Source: Eledone cirrhosa (lineage: Eukaryota). Taken from it: 64,000 bases of DNA. Shown piece after piece: positions 26,951-45,076 of this stretch (within the stretch, counting starts at the first letter, position 1; each line of letters begins with the position of its first letter). The notes beneath the pieces are model-generated. The model was not told the DNA's origin. It saw only the letters and a program-made list of their open reading frames with translations, and did no database searches. The stretch spans positions 379,936,001 through 380,000,000 of the forward strand of contig OZ024740.1 in NCBI GenBank assembly GCA_964016885.1, written 5' to 3'. The position numbers were made by a program, and so were the translations under genes.

Positions 26951-29419
26951 CACCTAAAGGTAAAAGCAATAATCATATCTCGCGATGAATTAGCAGCATA
27001 AGAATATATACTTCAATGAGAATCGAACTAGATTTGTGGACTTGATTCCCCAATCGAACATATAAATGAAGTGTAAAACTTCTATTACTAGAGACTATCC
27101 AAGCAATTAGTGATTTCAATAAGATCAGTTGATTAAAATCCTTAGACAATACAGATTGAAGTGGATTGCGTCTTCAAAGCCGACTGCTGAAGGCAACGGA
27201 GATGTTTCTATCTTATTAGATATCCTCAGTAAAGCATATTTAGCTCAGTTGGCTAAAATAAGAGTGATCAATACGCACATACGCACACACACATACATAG
27301 ACACGCACGCACGCATACATATATGCATACATACAAACATACATACATACATATAGTGTAATGATTCTGATAATGAATGTCAATAATATGACTAAAGGAA
27401 AATTCTCAAGAGACCGCTCTGCATGTGAAATGAAAGGTAGTTGATTAAGTCGCCAGTAATGCTTTATTAGTATTTTATTTTATTGACCCTAGCAGAATCA
27501 GCGTTAAATTTGACCTTGTCGGGATTTGAACTCAAAATGGATATTTAGAATAAATTATAGGGAGTTTTGTTAGATGTTCCATGTACCCAGCTAATCTTTC
27601 GTTTTAGCGATAATAAAATAACGAGATCGTGCATTGACACATGCTATAAATTTGCAAGGGGAAGATATAGTTGTATGAAACGTGCTAATATATTATTGCT
27701 ACCTATTTCACCAACCACAATGAAGAGCATATATACATCTATGGTTACATATTATCATCATCATAGTTTTGAGTCCGCTTCCCATTTTTTATTTGTTGGA
27801 CCGGTCGTTACGGCCTGGAGTCAGGATTTATTCGGATTTACCACTAGATGGATTGGGACACCACGTCTCGCACGTACGTTTCATTTTTGACGTGGTTTCC
27901 ACGGTTGAATGCTCTTCCTAATACCAACCACTATACAGGGTGGACTGGGTGAATATTATCGTGGCAGTAGCATTAAAAATGTCATGTCCTTGACTGGATT
28001 AAAGAGTCCTCTTTACACTACACTGTCACGCTCGATCTTCAAACACTTTACAGATTCTACTGAGTGCATTTTATCAAGCTCCACCACTAGAGAGGAAGCC
28101 TTGTCCATTGTAAAACGAGAGTCCTCCTTGTAGTAGTTATTCTACCGGGGCAAACGTGCGCAAACTTGCTCTTTAATATATTCAGGTGATAAAATTTACA
28201 GGGACTCACTGTCATGTTTCAGTTATTTAAAAACGTTCAGCCATTTTCTGCGATACCGTCTTAATCATAATATGTAATAGCAGTTTGCAAGCAGATTTGA
28301 TAGCTTGCCAAAACAAAATTATGTAACTAATTTACTGAGAAGAATAAACAAATACCTCATCATTCTTGATGAAAATATTAGCTTCCAAAAGAAATCAGAT
28401 ATAAAGTAATCATGTATATATATATGTGTGTGTTTTATGCTTGTATATATATGTCTGTGTGTATATCTCTCTCTCTATATATATATATATGTGTATGTGT
28501 GTGTGTATATCTATGTGTGTGTGTTATGCATGAATACATATACTACACATAGAAACTTCAAACCATTTCGAGAAACATCTAACTCATATTAATGTTAATA
28601 ATAATTCTAGAAACAAACAAACTAAAACAAATTACATTGGAACACAAACATGATAACACACACACACACGCACGACAACACACACACATGACAACACACA
28701 CACATGACAACACACACACATGACAACACACACACCTATATAGAGAGTAGCATCTATGTGCGTGTGAAGTAAACATGTAGACAAGCATCCCTCCCACGTT
28801 GATCTTTAGATAAGTAAATGTTCTTTCTGAAGACGTTGTCCAACACGTCCAGACAGGTAAGTAGACAAAGACAATATGTTATTCTTGCATTGACTGATAC
28901 CGTATCAAAGTAGATATACCAGCAAATAGAGAAACCTCTACGTGGTTGGCCGATTTACTAGAAATAGTCAAATCTCTTTCTCTCTCACTGCCCCTCAAAT
29001 CCCAGTTTTTAGAGAAAACAAATATAATCGATAATGTAGATCTAAATATAGAAATAAATGGGGTGAACACGAATGGAATGACTGATTAAAGGATTGCGTG
29101 ATGTGAGCTGAGGTGGGGGATAACAAAATAACCAAAATAGTAAAAAATATTGGATATTATTTTATGAATGTAATAGTGTCAGATGAACTTAGTAGCAAGA
29201 TTAACATTTGCTAAGGGCTCCGGATTTTTAGGATCCCCGTGCTAAGTGTTTTAAACTATGGAACTACTACTGCCTTTAACATTTATATTATACATTTCGA
29301 AATATTTAGGGACCTTTACAGTATATAGTGCCCGCGTAATCCGGCACGAGAATGTAAGAAAGTGTCCCCTACTAGATTAACTTGAACAATATCCAAGTCT
29401 TAGTATTTCCTTACAGCCC

Positions 29420-29565
29420 TTTACGTTCTGAGTTAAAATCTTCTCGAGTTCAACTTTGTCTTTCTTCCATACGGAGTCGATAAATTAAACACTAGTCAAA
29501 TGATGCGGGGCGACTAATCCTCGCCCCCTACGTTTTTGTCCTTGTACCTAAATTAGAAACCATTA
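29420..29565 (+). mobile_element. Diverged Deu/Nin-like SINE (other diverged copies at about 20825-21025 minus, 25598-25660 plus, 27465-27537 minus, 53083-53240 plus)
   Basis: TTCTGAGTT.AAATC...AACTTTGTCTTTCTTCC.T.CGGAGTCGATAAATTAA motif. Confidence 0.7.
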
Positions 29566-30248
29566 ACTGTTCAAATATGTCTGTTACATCTATATAACAC
29601 GCCCCCACTCGGGCTATTAATATACATGCACATACTCCTTCCACACATACATATATTTTTATCGTTTCCACAGACTGAAAGACGCTCAGCCAGTAGGTCG
29701 ATCCATGACCAGAAGAGCAAAAGAGGAGTTTGTGAATGTCAATCCCGGCCACCCATACTACAAAACGATCTTATGCCCCTTGAATTATAAAAGAAGCTAC
29801 ACCTTCTACCCTGGACCAAAAGCAGTTTTGTTCCATGTTTAAAAATTTCTCTCGGAGGCCCTGTTCTCCAGTATAGTATTAAACATGACTAAAACGATCT
29901 AAACATGACTACAGCAGTCCCTCACAATCGAGTATGACTTCGAAGTATGTACAATCATTTCGCTAGGGGCTTTGGATGTCCATGCAGTCACAAGCAGACA
30001 CAGGCACCCACTCTATGCTCGCTCCTTTGATCCAGTGTAATATCGATAATGTGACAATTGGAACGAGAAGGGTTGCACCAGCACTACACTGGTACATTCT
30101 ATATGCACCCCCACATATATATGTGGGAGTGTGTACATATATATATGTGTATTTATATAACATTATATATATGTATATATATATATATATATTAAAAGAT
30201 GTGCTAGAACCGAAGTGTATGAACCGAAGTTATATCTGTATAAATACA

Positions 30249-30457
30249 GAGTGTGTAACCGAGACTGCACCAACGTATATAAATATATATACATATCTTA
30301 TATGTAGGCATGTAAATATTCCAGAAAAAACGAAATTCCCTGTAAGGTGTTTATGATTGTTTTTATTTACAGGGAAATTCATATTTTCTGCCATATTTAC
30401 ATGCTTACATATTGAATATGTATTTATACGAGATGGTGCACTCTCAGTTACATACTC
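30249..30457. repeat. Diverged fold-back (inverted arms about 90-97 bp) embedded in (TA)n
   Basis: GAGTGTGTAACCGAGACTGCACC...GAAATTCCCTGTAA versus TTACAGGGAAATTC...GGTGCACTCTCAGTTACATACTC; a further arm fragment at 30529-30553. Confidence 0.8.
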
Positions 30458-30458
30458 C

Positions 30459-30499
<41 letters not shown>

Positions 30500-31517
30500 T
30501 ATATATATATAATATATATATATATATAGGGAGTATGTAAAAGAGTGCACTAACATATATAACATAATATATATATATCATATACATATGTATATATATA
30601 TATATTATATACATATATATATATATATATTATATACATATATATATATATTATATACATATATATATATTATATACATATATATATATATATATTATAT
30701 ACATATATATATATTATACATATATATATATATTATATACATATATATATTTATATATATTATATACATATATATATTATATACATATATATATATTATA
30801 TACATATATATATATATATATATTATATACATATATATATTATATACATATATATATATTATATACATATATATATATATTATATACATATATATATTAT
30901 ATATATATATATATATTATATACATATATATATAATATTATATACATATATATATAAATATTATATACATATATATATATATATTATATATATATATATA
31001 TATTATGTACATATATATATATATATTATATACATATATATATATATATATTATATACATATATATATATTGTATACATATATATATATATATTATATAC
31101 ATATATATATATATATTATATACATATATATATATATATTATATACATATATATATATATATATTATATACATATATATATATATTATATACATATATAT
31201 ATATATATATTATATACATATATATATATATATATTATATACATATATATATATATATTATATACATATATATATATATATATTATATACATATATATAT
31301 ATATATATATTATATACATATATATATATATATTATATACATATATAATATTATATACATATATACATACATATATATATATACATATATATATACATAT
31401 ATACATATATATATACATATATATATATACATATATATATATATTATATACATATATATATATATTATATACATATATATATATATTATATACATATATA
31501 TTATATACATATATATA

Positions 31518-31692
<175 letters not shown>

Positions 31693-32089
31693 TATATACA
31701 TATATATATATATATTATATACATTAAATACATATATATATATATATTATATACATTAAATACATATATATATATATATATTATATACATATATATATAT
31801 ATATATTATATACATATATATATATATATTATATACATTAAATACATATATATATATATATTATATACATTAAATACATATATATATATATATATTATAT
31901 ACATATATATATATATATTATATACATTAAATACATATATATCTATATATATATATATATATATTATATACATTATATACATATATATATATTATATACA
32001 TATATTATATACATATATATATATTATATACATATATTATATACATTATATTATATACATTATATACATATATATATATTTTATACATA

Positions 32090-32128
<39 letters not shown>

Positions 32129-32134
32129 GATATA

Positions 32135-32179
<45 letters not shown>

Positions 32180-32491
32180 ATATTATATAGATATATATAT
32201 ATATATATATTATATACATATATATATATATTATATACATATATATATTATATACATATATATATATATTATATACATATATATATATATATTATGTACA
32301 TATATATATATATTATATACATATATATATATATTATATACATATATATATATATATTATGTACATATATATATATATTATATACACATATATATATATT
32401 ATATACACATATATATATATTATATACATATATATATATATTATATTATATACATATATATATTATATTATATACATATATATATATATAT

Positions 32492-32559
<68 letters not shown>

Positions 32560-32744
32560 CATATATATAAATATATATATATATATACATATATATAAAT
32601 ATATATATATATATACATATATATAAATATATATATTATATACATATATATATATATATATATATTATATACATATATATATATATATATGTATTATATA
32701 CATATATATATATGTATTATATACATATATATATATATATGTAT

Positions 32745-32775
<31 letters not shown>

Positions 32776-32883
32776 TATATACATATATATATATATATAT
32801 ATATTATATACATATATATATATATATATGTATTATATACATATATATATATGTATTATATACATATATATATATATATGTAT

Positions 32884-32914
<31 letters not shown>

Positions 32915-33005
32915 TATATACATATATATATATATCTTTTATATACATATATATATATATCTTTTATATACATATATATATTATATATATATATATATTA
33001 TATAC

Positions 33006-33043
<38 letters not shown>

Positions 33044-33068
33044 TATATACATATATATATATATATAT

Positions 33069-33139
<71 letters not shown>

Positions 33140-33171
33140 TATATACATATTATATATATTATATACATTAT

Positions 33172-33215
<44 letters not shown>

Positions 33216-33216
33216 C

Positions 33217-33760
33217 ACGGAAAAAATGAAACGATATTTCATTTCCCACTCTTAGTACGGCTGTTACTTAAATATAAGTATGTACACGTACATACATATA
33301 TGTATACCGACGTACAGTAGTATGTATATATATATATACATACATGCACACATATATATATGCACGTATGGATTCACCGAACATTTATTATAATGCTCGG
33401 TGTGTTTGTAAACAAACATCCCGTATTAAGCCGTAGTGTCTAGCAACCACCGTTGCTCGTTTGTTCAACACTGACAAAGGAACGCTGTACTAGTTTCAAG
33501 CTTGTTAGCTATCGTCAGCAACGTATACCTTCCTGCCAGATTGTTGAACGTATATACTTACCTTATGCATATTAACGGCTGAGTAGCCCATTTTGCATAT
33601 CGAGTTGCTTAATCGGCCGGGTGCACCGAAAACGATAACGGAAAAAATGAAACGATATTTAATTTCCCACTCTTAGTACGGCTGTTACTTAAATATAAGT
33701 ATGTACACGTACATACATATATGTATACCGACGTATGTATGTACGTGTACATACTTATAT
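33217..33760 (-). mobile_element. Retrozyme-like / non-autonomous Penelope-like element: partial tandem (421-bp period), terminal inversion, hammerhead ribozyme
   Basis: 98-bp direct repeats (33217-33314, 33638-33735), 27-bp inverted repeat (33693-33719, 33734-33760), CpG-rich interior, (TA)n flanks. Confidence 0.75.
33477..33531 (-). ncRNA. Minimal type-I hammerhead ribozyme
   Basis: Minus strand AAGGTAT-ACGTTG-CTGACGA-TAGCT aaca AGCTT-GAAAC-TA-GTA-CAGCGT-TCCTT: helix I ACGTTG/CAGCGT plus AAGG/CCTT, intact CUGANGA and GAAA core, helix II AGCT/AGCT, palindromic ACTAGT helix III, GUA cleavage triplet. Confidence 0.8.
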
Positions 33761-33856
33761 ATATTATATACATATATACATATATTATATACATATATAT
33801 ATATATTATATACATATATATATTATATACATATATATATATATAATATACATATA

Positions 33857-33905
<49 letters not shown>

Positions 33906-33992
33906 ATATATTATATACATATATATATATTATATATATATATTATATACATATATATACATATATATATTATATATATATATTATATATAT

Positions 33993-34026
<34 letters not shown>

Positions 34027-34115
34027 ATATATTATATATATAATATATTATATATATATATATAATATATTATATATATAATATATTATATATATATATA
34101 TATATATTATATATA

Positions 34116-34162
<47 letters not shown>

Positions 34163-34236
34163 ATATATTATATATATAATATATTATATATATAATATAT
34201 TATATATATATATATAATATATTATGTATAATATAT

Positions 34237-34281
<45 letters not shown>

Positions 34282-34382
34282 TAATATATATATATATATA
34301 ATATATATATATATAATTTATATATATATAATATATATAATATATATATATATTATATATATATATAATTTATATATATATA

Positions 34383-34414
<32 letters not shown>

Positions 34415-34465
34415 ATATATATAATATATATATATATATATAATATATATGTATATAATTTATAT

Positions 34466-34510
<45 letters not shown>

Positions 34511-34526
34511 TGTATATAATTTATAT

Positions 34527-34569
<43 letters not shown>

Positions 34570-34600
34570 TATATAATATATATATATATATAATTTATAT

Positions 34601-34634
<34 letters not shown>

Positions 34635-34687
34635 ATATATATATATAATATATATATATATAATTTATATATATATATATAATATAT

Positions 34688-34719
<32 letters not shown>

Positions 34720-34768
34720 ATATATATATATAATATATATATATAATTTATATATATATATAATATAT

Positions 34769-34880
<112 letters not shown>

Positions 34881-34980
34881 ATATATATATATAATATATA
34901 TATATATAATTTATATATATATATATAATATATATATATATATAATATATATATATATATAATATATATAATATATATAT

Positions 34981-35014
<34 letters not shown>

Positions 35015-35057
35015 ATATATATGTAATATATATATATATATAATATATATATATAAT

Positions 35058-35129
<72 letters not shown>

Positions 35130-35135
35130 ATATAT

Positions 35136-35168
<33 letters not shown>

Positions 35169-35280
35169 ATATATAATATATATATAATATATAATATATA
35201 TATAATATATAATAATATATATATATATATAATATATAATATATAAATATATAATATATATATATATATATATTATATAT

Positions 35281-35325
<45 letters not shown>

Positions 35326-35340
35326 ATAATATATATATAT

Positions 35341-35386
<46 letters not shown>

Positions 35387-35549
35387 ATATATATTATATA
35401 TATATATTATATATTATATATATATATATTATATATATATTATATATATATATATATATATAAATTATATATATATATATTATATATATATATATATTAT
35501 ATATATATATATATATTATATATAGATATATATATATAAATTATATATA

Positions 35550-35598
<49 letters not shown>

Positions 35599-35639
35599 TA
35601 TATATATATATATATATATTATAATATATATTATATATA

Positions 35640-35707
<68 letters not shown>

Positions 35708-35710
35708 ATA

Positions 35711-35833
<123 letters not shown>

Positions 35834-35893
35834 ATATATAATATATATATATATATATTATATATATATATATATATTATATATATATATAAT

Positions 35894-36011
<118 letters not shown>

Positions 36012-36046
36012 ATATATATATTATATATATATATTATATATATATG

Positions 36047-36113
<67 letters not shown>

Positions 36114-36114
36114 G

Positions 36115-36168
<54 letters not shown>

Positions 36169-36263
36169 ATATATATATATTATATATATTATATATATAT
36201 ATTATATATATTATATATATATATATTATATATATTATATATATATATATTATATATATTATA

Positions 36264-36308
<45 letters not shown>

Positions 36309-36407
36309 ATAATATATATTATATATATATATTATATATATTATATATATATATATATTATATATATTATATATATATATTATATTATATATATTATATA
36401 TATATAT

Positions 36408-36439
<32 letters not shown>

Positions 36440-36484
36440 TACATATATATATATATTATATATTATATATATATATATTATATT

Positions 36485-36521
<37 letters not shown>

Positions 36522-36616
36522 TTATATTATATATATATATATTATATATATATTATATTTATATTATATATAATTATATATATTATATATAATATATATT
36601 ATATTATATATATATA

Positions 36617-36816
36617 NNNNNNNNNNNNNNNNNNNNNNNNNNNNNNNNNNNNNNNNNNNNNNNNNNNNNNNNNNNNNNNNNNNNNNNNNNNNNNNNNNNN
36701 NNNNNNNNNNNNNNNNNNNNNNNNNNNNNNNNNNNNNNNNNNNNNNNNNNNNNNNNNNNNNNNNNNNNNNNNNNNNNNNNNNNNNNNNNNNNNNNNNNNN
36801 NNNNNNNNNNNNNNNN
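36617..36816. other. Assembly gap (200 N)
   Basis: Run of N. Confidence 0.99.
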
Positions 36817-36825
36817 TATATAATA

Positions 36826-36916
<91 letters not shown>

Positions 36917-36939
36917 TATATATAATATATTATATATAT

Positions 36940-37095
<156 letters not shown>

Positions 37096-37118
37096 TATAT
37101 ATATATATATATTATATA

Positions 37119-37149
<31 letters not shown>

Positions 37150-37164
37150 AATTATATATATATA

Positions 37165-37196
<32 letters not shown>

Positions 37197-37247
37197 ATAT
37201 ATATAATATATATATATATATATAATATATATGTATATAATTTATAT

Positions 37248-37292
<45 letters not shown>

Positions 37293-37308
37293 TGTATATA
37301 ATTTATAT

Positions 37309-37351
<43 letters not shown>

Positions 37352-37380
37352 TATATAATATATATATATATAATTTATAT

Positions 37381-37423
<43 letters not shown>

Positions 37424-37468
37424 TATATAATATATATATATATAATTTATATATATATTATAATATAT

Positions 37469-37500
<32 letters not shown>

Positions 37501-37551
37501 ATATATATATATAATATATATATATATAATTTATATATATATATAATATAT

Positions 37552-37661
<110 letters not shown>

Positions 37662-37766
37662 ATATATATATATAATATATATATATATAATTTATATATA
37701 TATATATAATATATATATATATATATAATATATATATATATATATAATATATATATAATATTATAT

Positions 37767-37800
<34 letters not shown>

Positions 37801-37841
37801 ATATATATGTAATATATATATATATATAATATATATATAAT

Positions 37842-37913
<72 letters not shown>

Positions 37914-37919
37914 ATATAT

Positions 37920-37952
<33 letters not shown>

Positions 37953-38064
37953 ATATATAATATATATATAATATATAATATATATATAATATATAATATA
38001 TATATATATATATATAATATATAATATATAAATATATAATATATATATATATATTATTATATAT

Positions 38065-38109
<45 letters not shown>

Positions 38110-38122
38110 ATAATATATATAT

Positions 38123-38168
<46 letters not shown>

Positions 38169-38423
38169 ATATATATTATATATATATATTATATATTATA
38201 TATATATATATTATATATATATATTATATATATATATATATATATAAATTATATATATATATATTATATATATATATATATTATATATATATATATATAT
38301 TATATATAGATATATATATATAAATTATATATATATATATTATATATATATATATATTATATATATATATATTATATATATTATATATATATATATATAT
38401 ATTATAAATATATATTATATATA

Positions 38424-38493
<70 letters not shown>

Positions 38494-38494
38494 A

Positions 38495-38624
<130 letters not shown>

Positions 38625-38693
38625 ATATAATATATATATATATATATTATATATATATATATATATTATATATATATATAATATATATATATA

Positions 38694-38741
<48 letters not shown>

Positions 38742-38752
38742 ATATATATTAT

Positions 38753-38806
<54 letters not shown>

Positions 38807-38835
38807 ATATTATATATATATATTATATATATATG

Positions 38836-38881
<46 letters not shown>

Positions 38882-38901
38882 ATATATATTATATATATAT
38901 G

Positions 38902-38955
<54 letters not shown>

Positions 38956-39050
38956 ATATATATATATTATATATATTATATATATATATTATATATATTA
39001 TATATATATATATTATATATATTATATATATATATATTATATATATTATA

Positions 39051-39095
<45 letters not shown>

Positions 39096-39191
39096 ATAAT
39101 ATATATTATATATATATATTATATATATTATATATATATATATATTATATATATTATATATATATATATTATATATATTATATATATATAT

Positions 39192-39223
<32 letters not shown>

Positions 39224-39513
39224 TACATATATAATATATTATATATATATTATATATATATTATATTTATATTATATATATATATATTATATATATATTA
39301 TATTATATTATATATATATATATTATATATATATTATATTTATATTATATATATATATATTATATATATATTATATTTATATTATGTATATAATGTATAA
39401 TATATATTATATATATATTATATATATATATTATAAATATATATATATTATATATATATATTATATATATTATATATATATATTATATATATATATTATA
39501 TATATTATATATA

Positions 39514-39564
<51 letters not shown>

Positions 39565-39698
39565 ATATTATATATATTATATATTATATATATATTATAT
39601 ATATATTATATATATATATATTATATATATATTATATATTATATATATATTATATATATATTTTATATATATATTATATATATATTTTATATATATAT

Positions 39699-39730
<32 letters not shown>

Positions 39731-39864
39731 TTTATATATATATTATATATATATATATATTATATATATTATATATATTATATATATATATTATATATAT
39801 ATATATATTATATATATATATATTATATATATATTTTATATATATATTATATATATATGTTATA

Positions 39865-39917
<53 letters not shown>

Positions 39918-40070
39918 ATATATATTATATATATATTTTATATATATATTATATATATATATATATTATATATATTATATATATTATATATATATATTAT
40001 ATATATATATATATTATATATATATATATTATATATATATTTTATATATATATTATATATATATGTTATA

Positions 40071-40113
<43 letters not shown>

Positions 40114-40120
40114 ATATATA

Positions 40121-40166
<46 letters not shown>

Positions 40167-40189
40167 ATAATATACATATATATATATAA

Positions 40190-40221
<32 letters not shown>

Positions 40222-40723
40222 TTTATATATATATTATATATATATATTATAGATATATATTATATATATATTATATATATATATTATATACATAATATAT
40301 ATATTATATATATAATATATATATATAATATATATATTATATATATAATATATATATTATATATATATTATATATATAATATATATATTATATATATATT
40401 ATATATATATATTATATATAATATATATATATTATATATATATATATTATTATATATATTATAAATATATTATATATATATAATATTATATATATAATAT
40501 ATATATATTATATATAGAATATATATATATATATTATATATATATTATATTATATATATATTATATTATATATATATTATATATATATATATATATAATA
40601 AATTTGAAGACTAAAATCCAAAGAGGGCTCGATAAGGATAAATATATATCAAATATATATATTATATATATATTATTTATATATATTATATATATATATA
40701 TATATTATATATATTATATATAT

Positions 40724-40755
<32 letters not shown>

Positions 40756-40933
40756 TATATATATATTATATATATATATATTATAAATATATATTATATA
40801 TATATATATTATATATATATATATTATATATATATATATATATATTATATATACATTATATATATATATATATTATATATATATATATTATATATATATA
40901 TATTATATATATATATATTATATATATATATAT

Positions 40934-40964
<31 letters not shown>

Positions 40965-42631
40965 CATTATATATATATATATATTATATATATATATTAT
41001 ATATATATTTTATATATATATATATTATATATATATATATTATATATATATATTATATATATATATTATATATATATATTATATATATATATTATATATA
41101 TATATATATTTTATATATATATATATTATATATATTATATATATATTATATATATATATATATTATATATATTATATGTATATATTATATAATATATATA
41201 TATATAATATATATATAATATATATATATATAATATATATTATATATATATATTATATATATATATTATATATATAATATATATATTATATATATAATAT
41301 ATATATATATATTTTATATATATATATATTATATATATTATATATATATTATATATATATATATATATTATATATATTATATGTATATATTATATATATT
41401 ATATGTATATAGTATAGATATATATTATATATATTATATATATATATTATATATATAATATATATATTATATATATAATATATATATATAATATATATAT
41501 ATTATATATAATATATATATATTATATATATATATATCATATATATAATATATATATTATATATATATATATTATATATATATTATATATATATATATTA
41601 TATATATATATTATATATATATATATTATATATTTATTATATATATATATTATATATATAATATATATATATATTATATATATAATATATATATATATAT
41701 TATATATATATATTATGTATATATTATATTATATATATATTATATATATATATAGTAATAATAATAAATTTGAAGACTAATGTCCAAAGAGGGCTCGATA
41801 AGGATAAATATATATCAAATATATATATTATATATATATTATATATATATATAATATATATATTATATATATATTATATATATATATTATATATATTATA
41901 TATATATATTATATATATATATATATTATATATATATATTATACATATATATATTATATATATATATTATACATATATATAATATATATATATATTATAT
42001 ATATATATATATATTATATATATATATTATACATATATATATTATATATATTTATTATACATATATATAATATATATATATATATATTATATATATATAT
42101 ATTATATATATATATATATATTATATATGTTATATATATATATATATTATATATATATATATATTATATATATATATATATTATATATGTTATATATATA
42201 TATATATTATATATATATATATATTATATATATATATATATTATATATATATATATATTATATATGTTATATATATATATATATTATATATATATATATA
42301 TTATATATATATATATTATATATATATATATATTATATATATATTATATATATATTATATACATATTATATATATATATATTATATACATATTATATATA
42401 TATATTATATATATATATATATTATATACATATTATATATATATATATATTATATACATATTATATATATATATATATTATATACATATTATATATATAT
42501 ATATATTATATACATATTATATATATATATTATATACATATTATATATATATATATTATATACATATTATATATATATATATTATATACATATTATATAT
42601 ATATATTATATACATTATATACATATATATA

Positions 42632-42677
<46 letters not shown>

Positions 42678-42716
42678 CATATATATATATATATATATTA
42701 TATACATATATATATA

Positions 42717-42814
<98 letters not shown>

Positions 42815-42821
42815 TATATAT

Positions 42822-42907
<86 letters not shown>

Positions 42908-42969
42908 ATATATATTATATACATATATATATATATATATATATTATATACATATATATATATATATAT

Positions 42970-43012
<43 letters not shown>

Positions 43013-43151
43013 CATATTATATATATATATTATATACATATTATATATATATATATTATATACATATTATATATATATATATTATATACATATATATATA
43101 TATATTATATACATATATATATATATATTATATACATATATATATATATAT

Positions 43152-43187
<36 letters not shown>

Positions 43188-43286
43188 ACATATATATATA
43201 TATATATTATATACATATATATATATATATATATTATATACATATATATATATATATATATTATATACATATATATATATATATAT

Positions 43287-43380
<94 letters not shown>

Positions 43381-43982
43381 TATATACATATATATATATA
43401 TATATTATATACATATATATATATATTTATTATATACATATATATATATATTATATACATATATATATATATTATATACATTATATACATATATATATAT
43501 ATATATTATATACATATATATATATATTATATACATATTATATATATATATATCTATTATATACATATAATATATATATATATATATTATATACATATAT
43601 ATATATATATATTATATACATATATATATATATATATATTATATACATATATATATATATATATTATATACATATATATATATATTATATACATATATAT
43701 ATATTATATACAGAAATATATATATATATATTATATACATATATATATATATTATATACATATATATATATATATATATATTATATACATATATATATAT
43801 ATTATATACATATATATATATATATATATTATATACATATATATATATATATATATTATATACATATATATATATATATATATTATATACATATATATAT
43901 ATTATATACATATATATATATTATATACATATATATATATATTATATACATATATATATATATATTATATATATATATATAT

Positions 43983-44018
<36 letters not shown>

Positions 44019-44287
44019 ACATATATATATATATTATATACATATATATATATATTATATACATATATATATATATATATATATTATATACATATATATA
44101 TATATTATATACATATATATATATATTATATACATATATATATATATTATATACACATATATACATTATACATATATATATATATATTATATACATATTA
44201 TATATATATTATATACATATATATATATTATATACATATTATATATATACTATATACATATATATATATATATATTATATACATGAA

Positions 44288-44500
44288 GGCGTGTGGCTGC
44301 GTGGTTAGAGAATTGGATTCGCAATCGTAAGGTTGTGAGTTCGATTCCTGGACCAGGCGATGCGTTATGTCCTTGAGCAATACACTTTATTTCACTTTGC
44401 TCCTTCTACCTGGAGTTGCGACCGATAGATAGTATTGGCAATTGGAAAGACCAACGGAAACATTGTTCCCTCGGTCCGATTTGACAAAAGTCGATCGTTC
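44288..44500 (+). mobile_element. tRNA-derived SINE with CORE/Meta-like TGTCCTTGAGCAA.ACACTT domain
   Basis: A-box TGGCTGCGTGG, B-box GAGTTCGATTCC, then TGTCCTTGAGCAATACACTTTATTTCAC; no tRNA acceptor-stem closure. Confidence 0.8.
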
Positions 44501-44998
44501 CTTTTTATATACATATATATATTATATACATATATATATATATTACATACATATATATATATATTATATATATATATAATATGTATTATATATATGTATA
44601 TTATATAGATTATTTATAAGTATACATTTTGTGCACACATACACAAATGCATATGTATGCACAAAATATATTCACATAGAAACATGATGTGAAATAACAA
44701 CGTGGTAAGAATTGAAAAAACGCTTAAGATTTATTAAGATTATCCAACTTATGTTCCACCATATGGTGATAATAAATAAATAAGTAAAAAAAGGTCTCCC
44801 ACGCATAGTTTAATACTCCAGAGGTGAAGTCTTGCTAGAAGAAAATAAGAAACAAAAACAAGCCAACACGTACATCACTTCCATAGCTTCATCTAGGACC
44901 ACTCCCTACATTTTGTTTTATAATCGGGCTTGCTCACATATATATATATATACACACATTTATATATATCTTATATACACACACACACTCTCTCTCTC

Positions 44999-45076
<78 letters not shown>

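Noticed and set aside
2460-28860. Other CTGANGA heptamers (for example near 2468, 2745, 5852, 13550, 18925, 22267, 28827)
   Set aside because: No helix II followed by GAAA and no helix I pairing
33554-33563. U1 snRNA 5' end (ATACTTACCT)
   Set aside because: No further U1 similarity; better read as a minus-strand splice donor
44288-44360. tRNA gene
   Set aside because: A/B boxes are present but the acceptor stem does not close and the sequence continues into a SINE body
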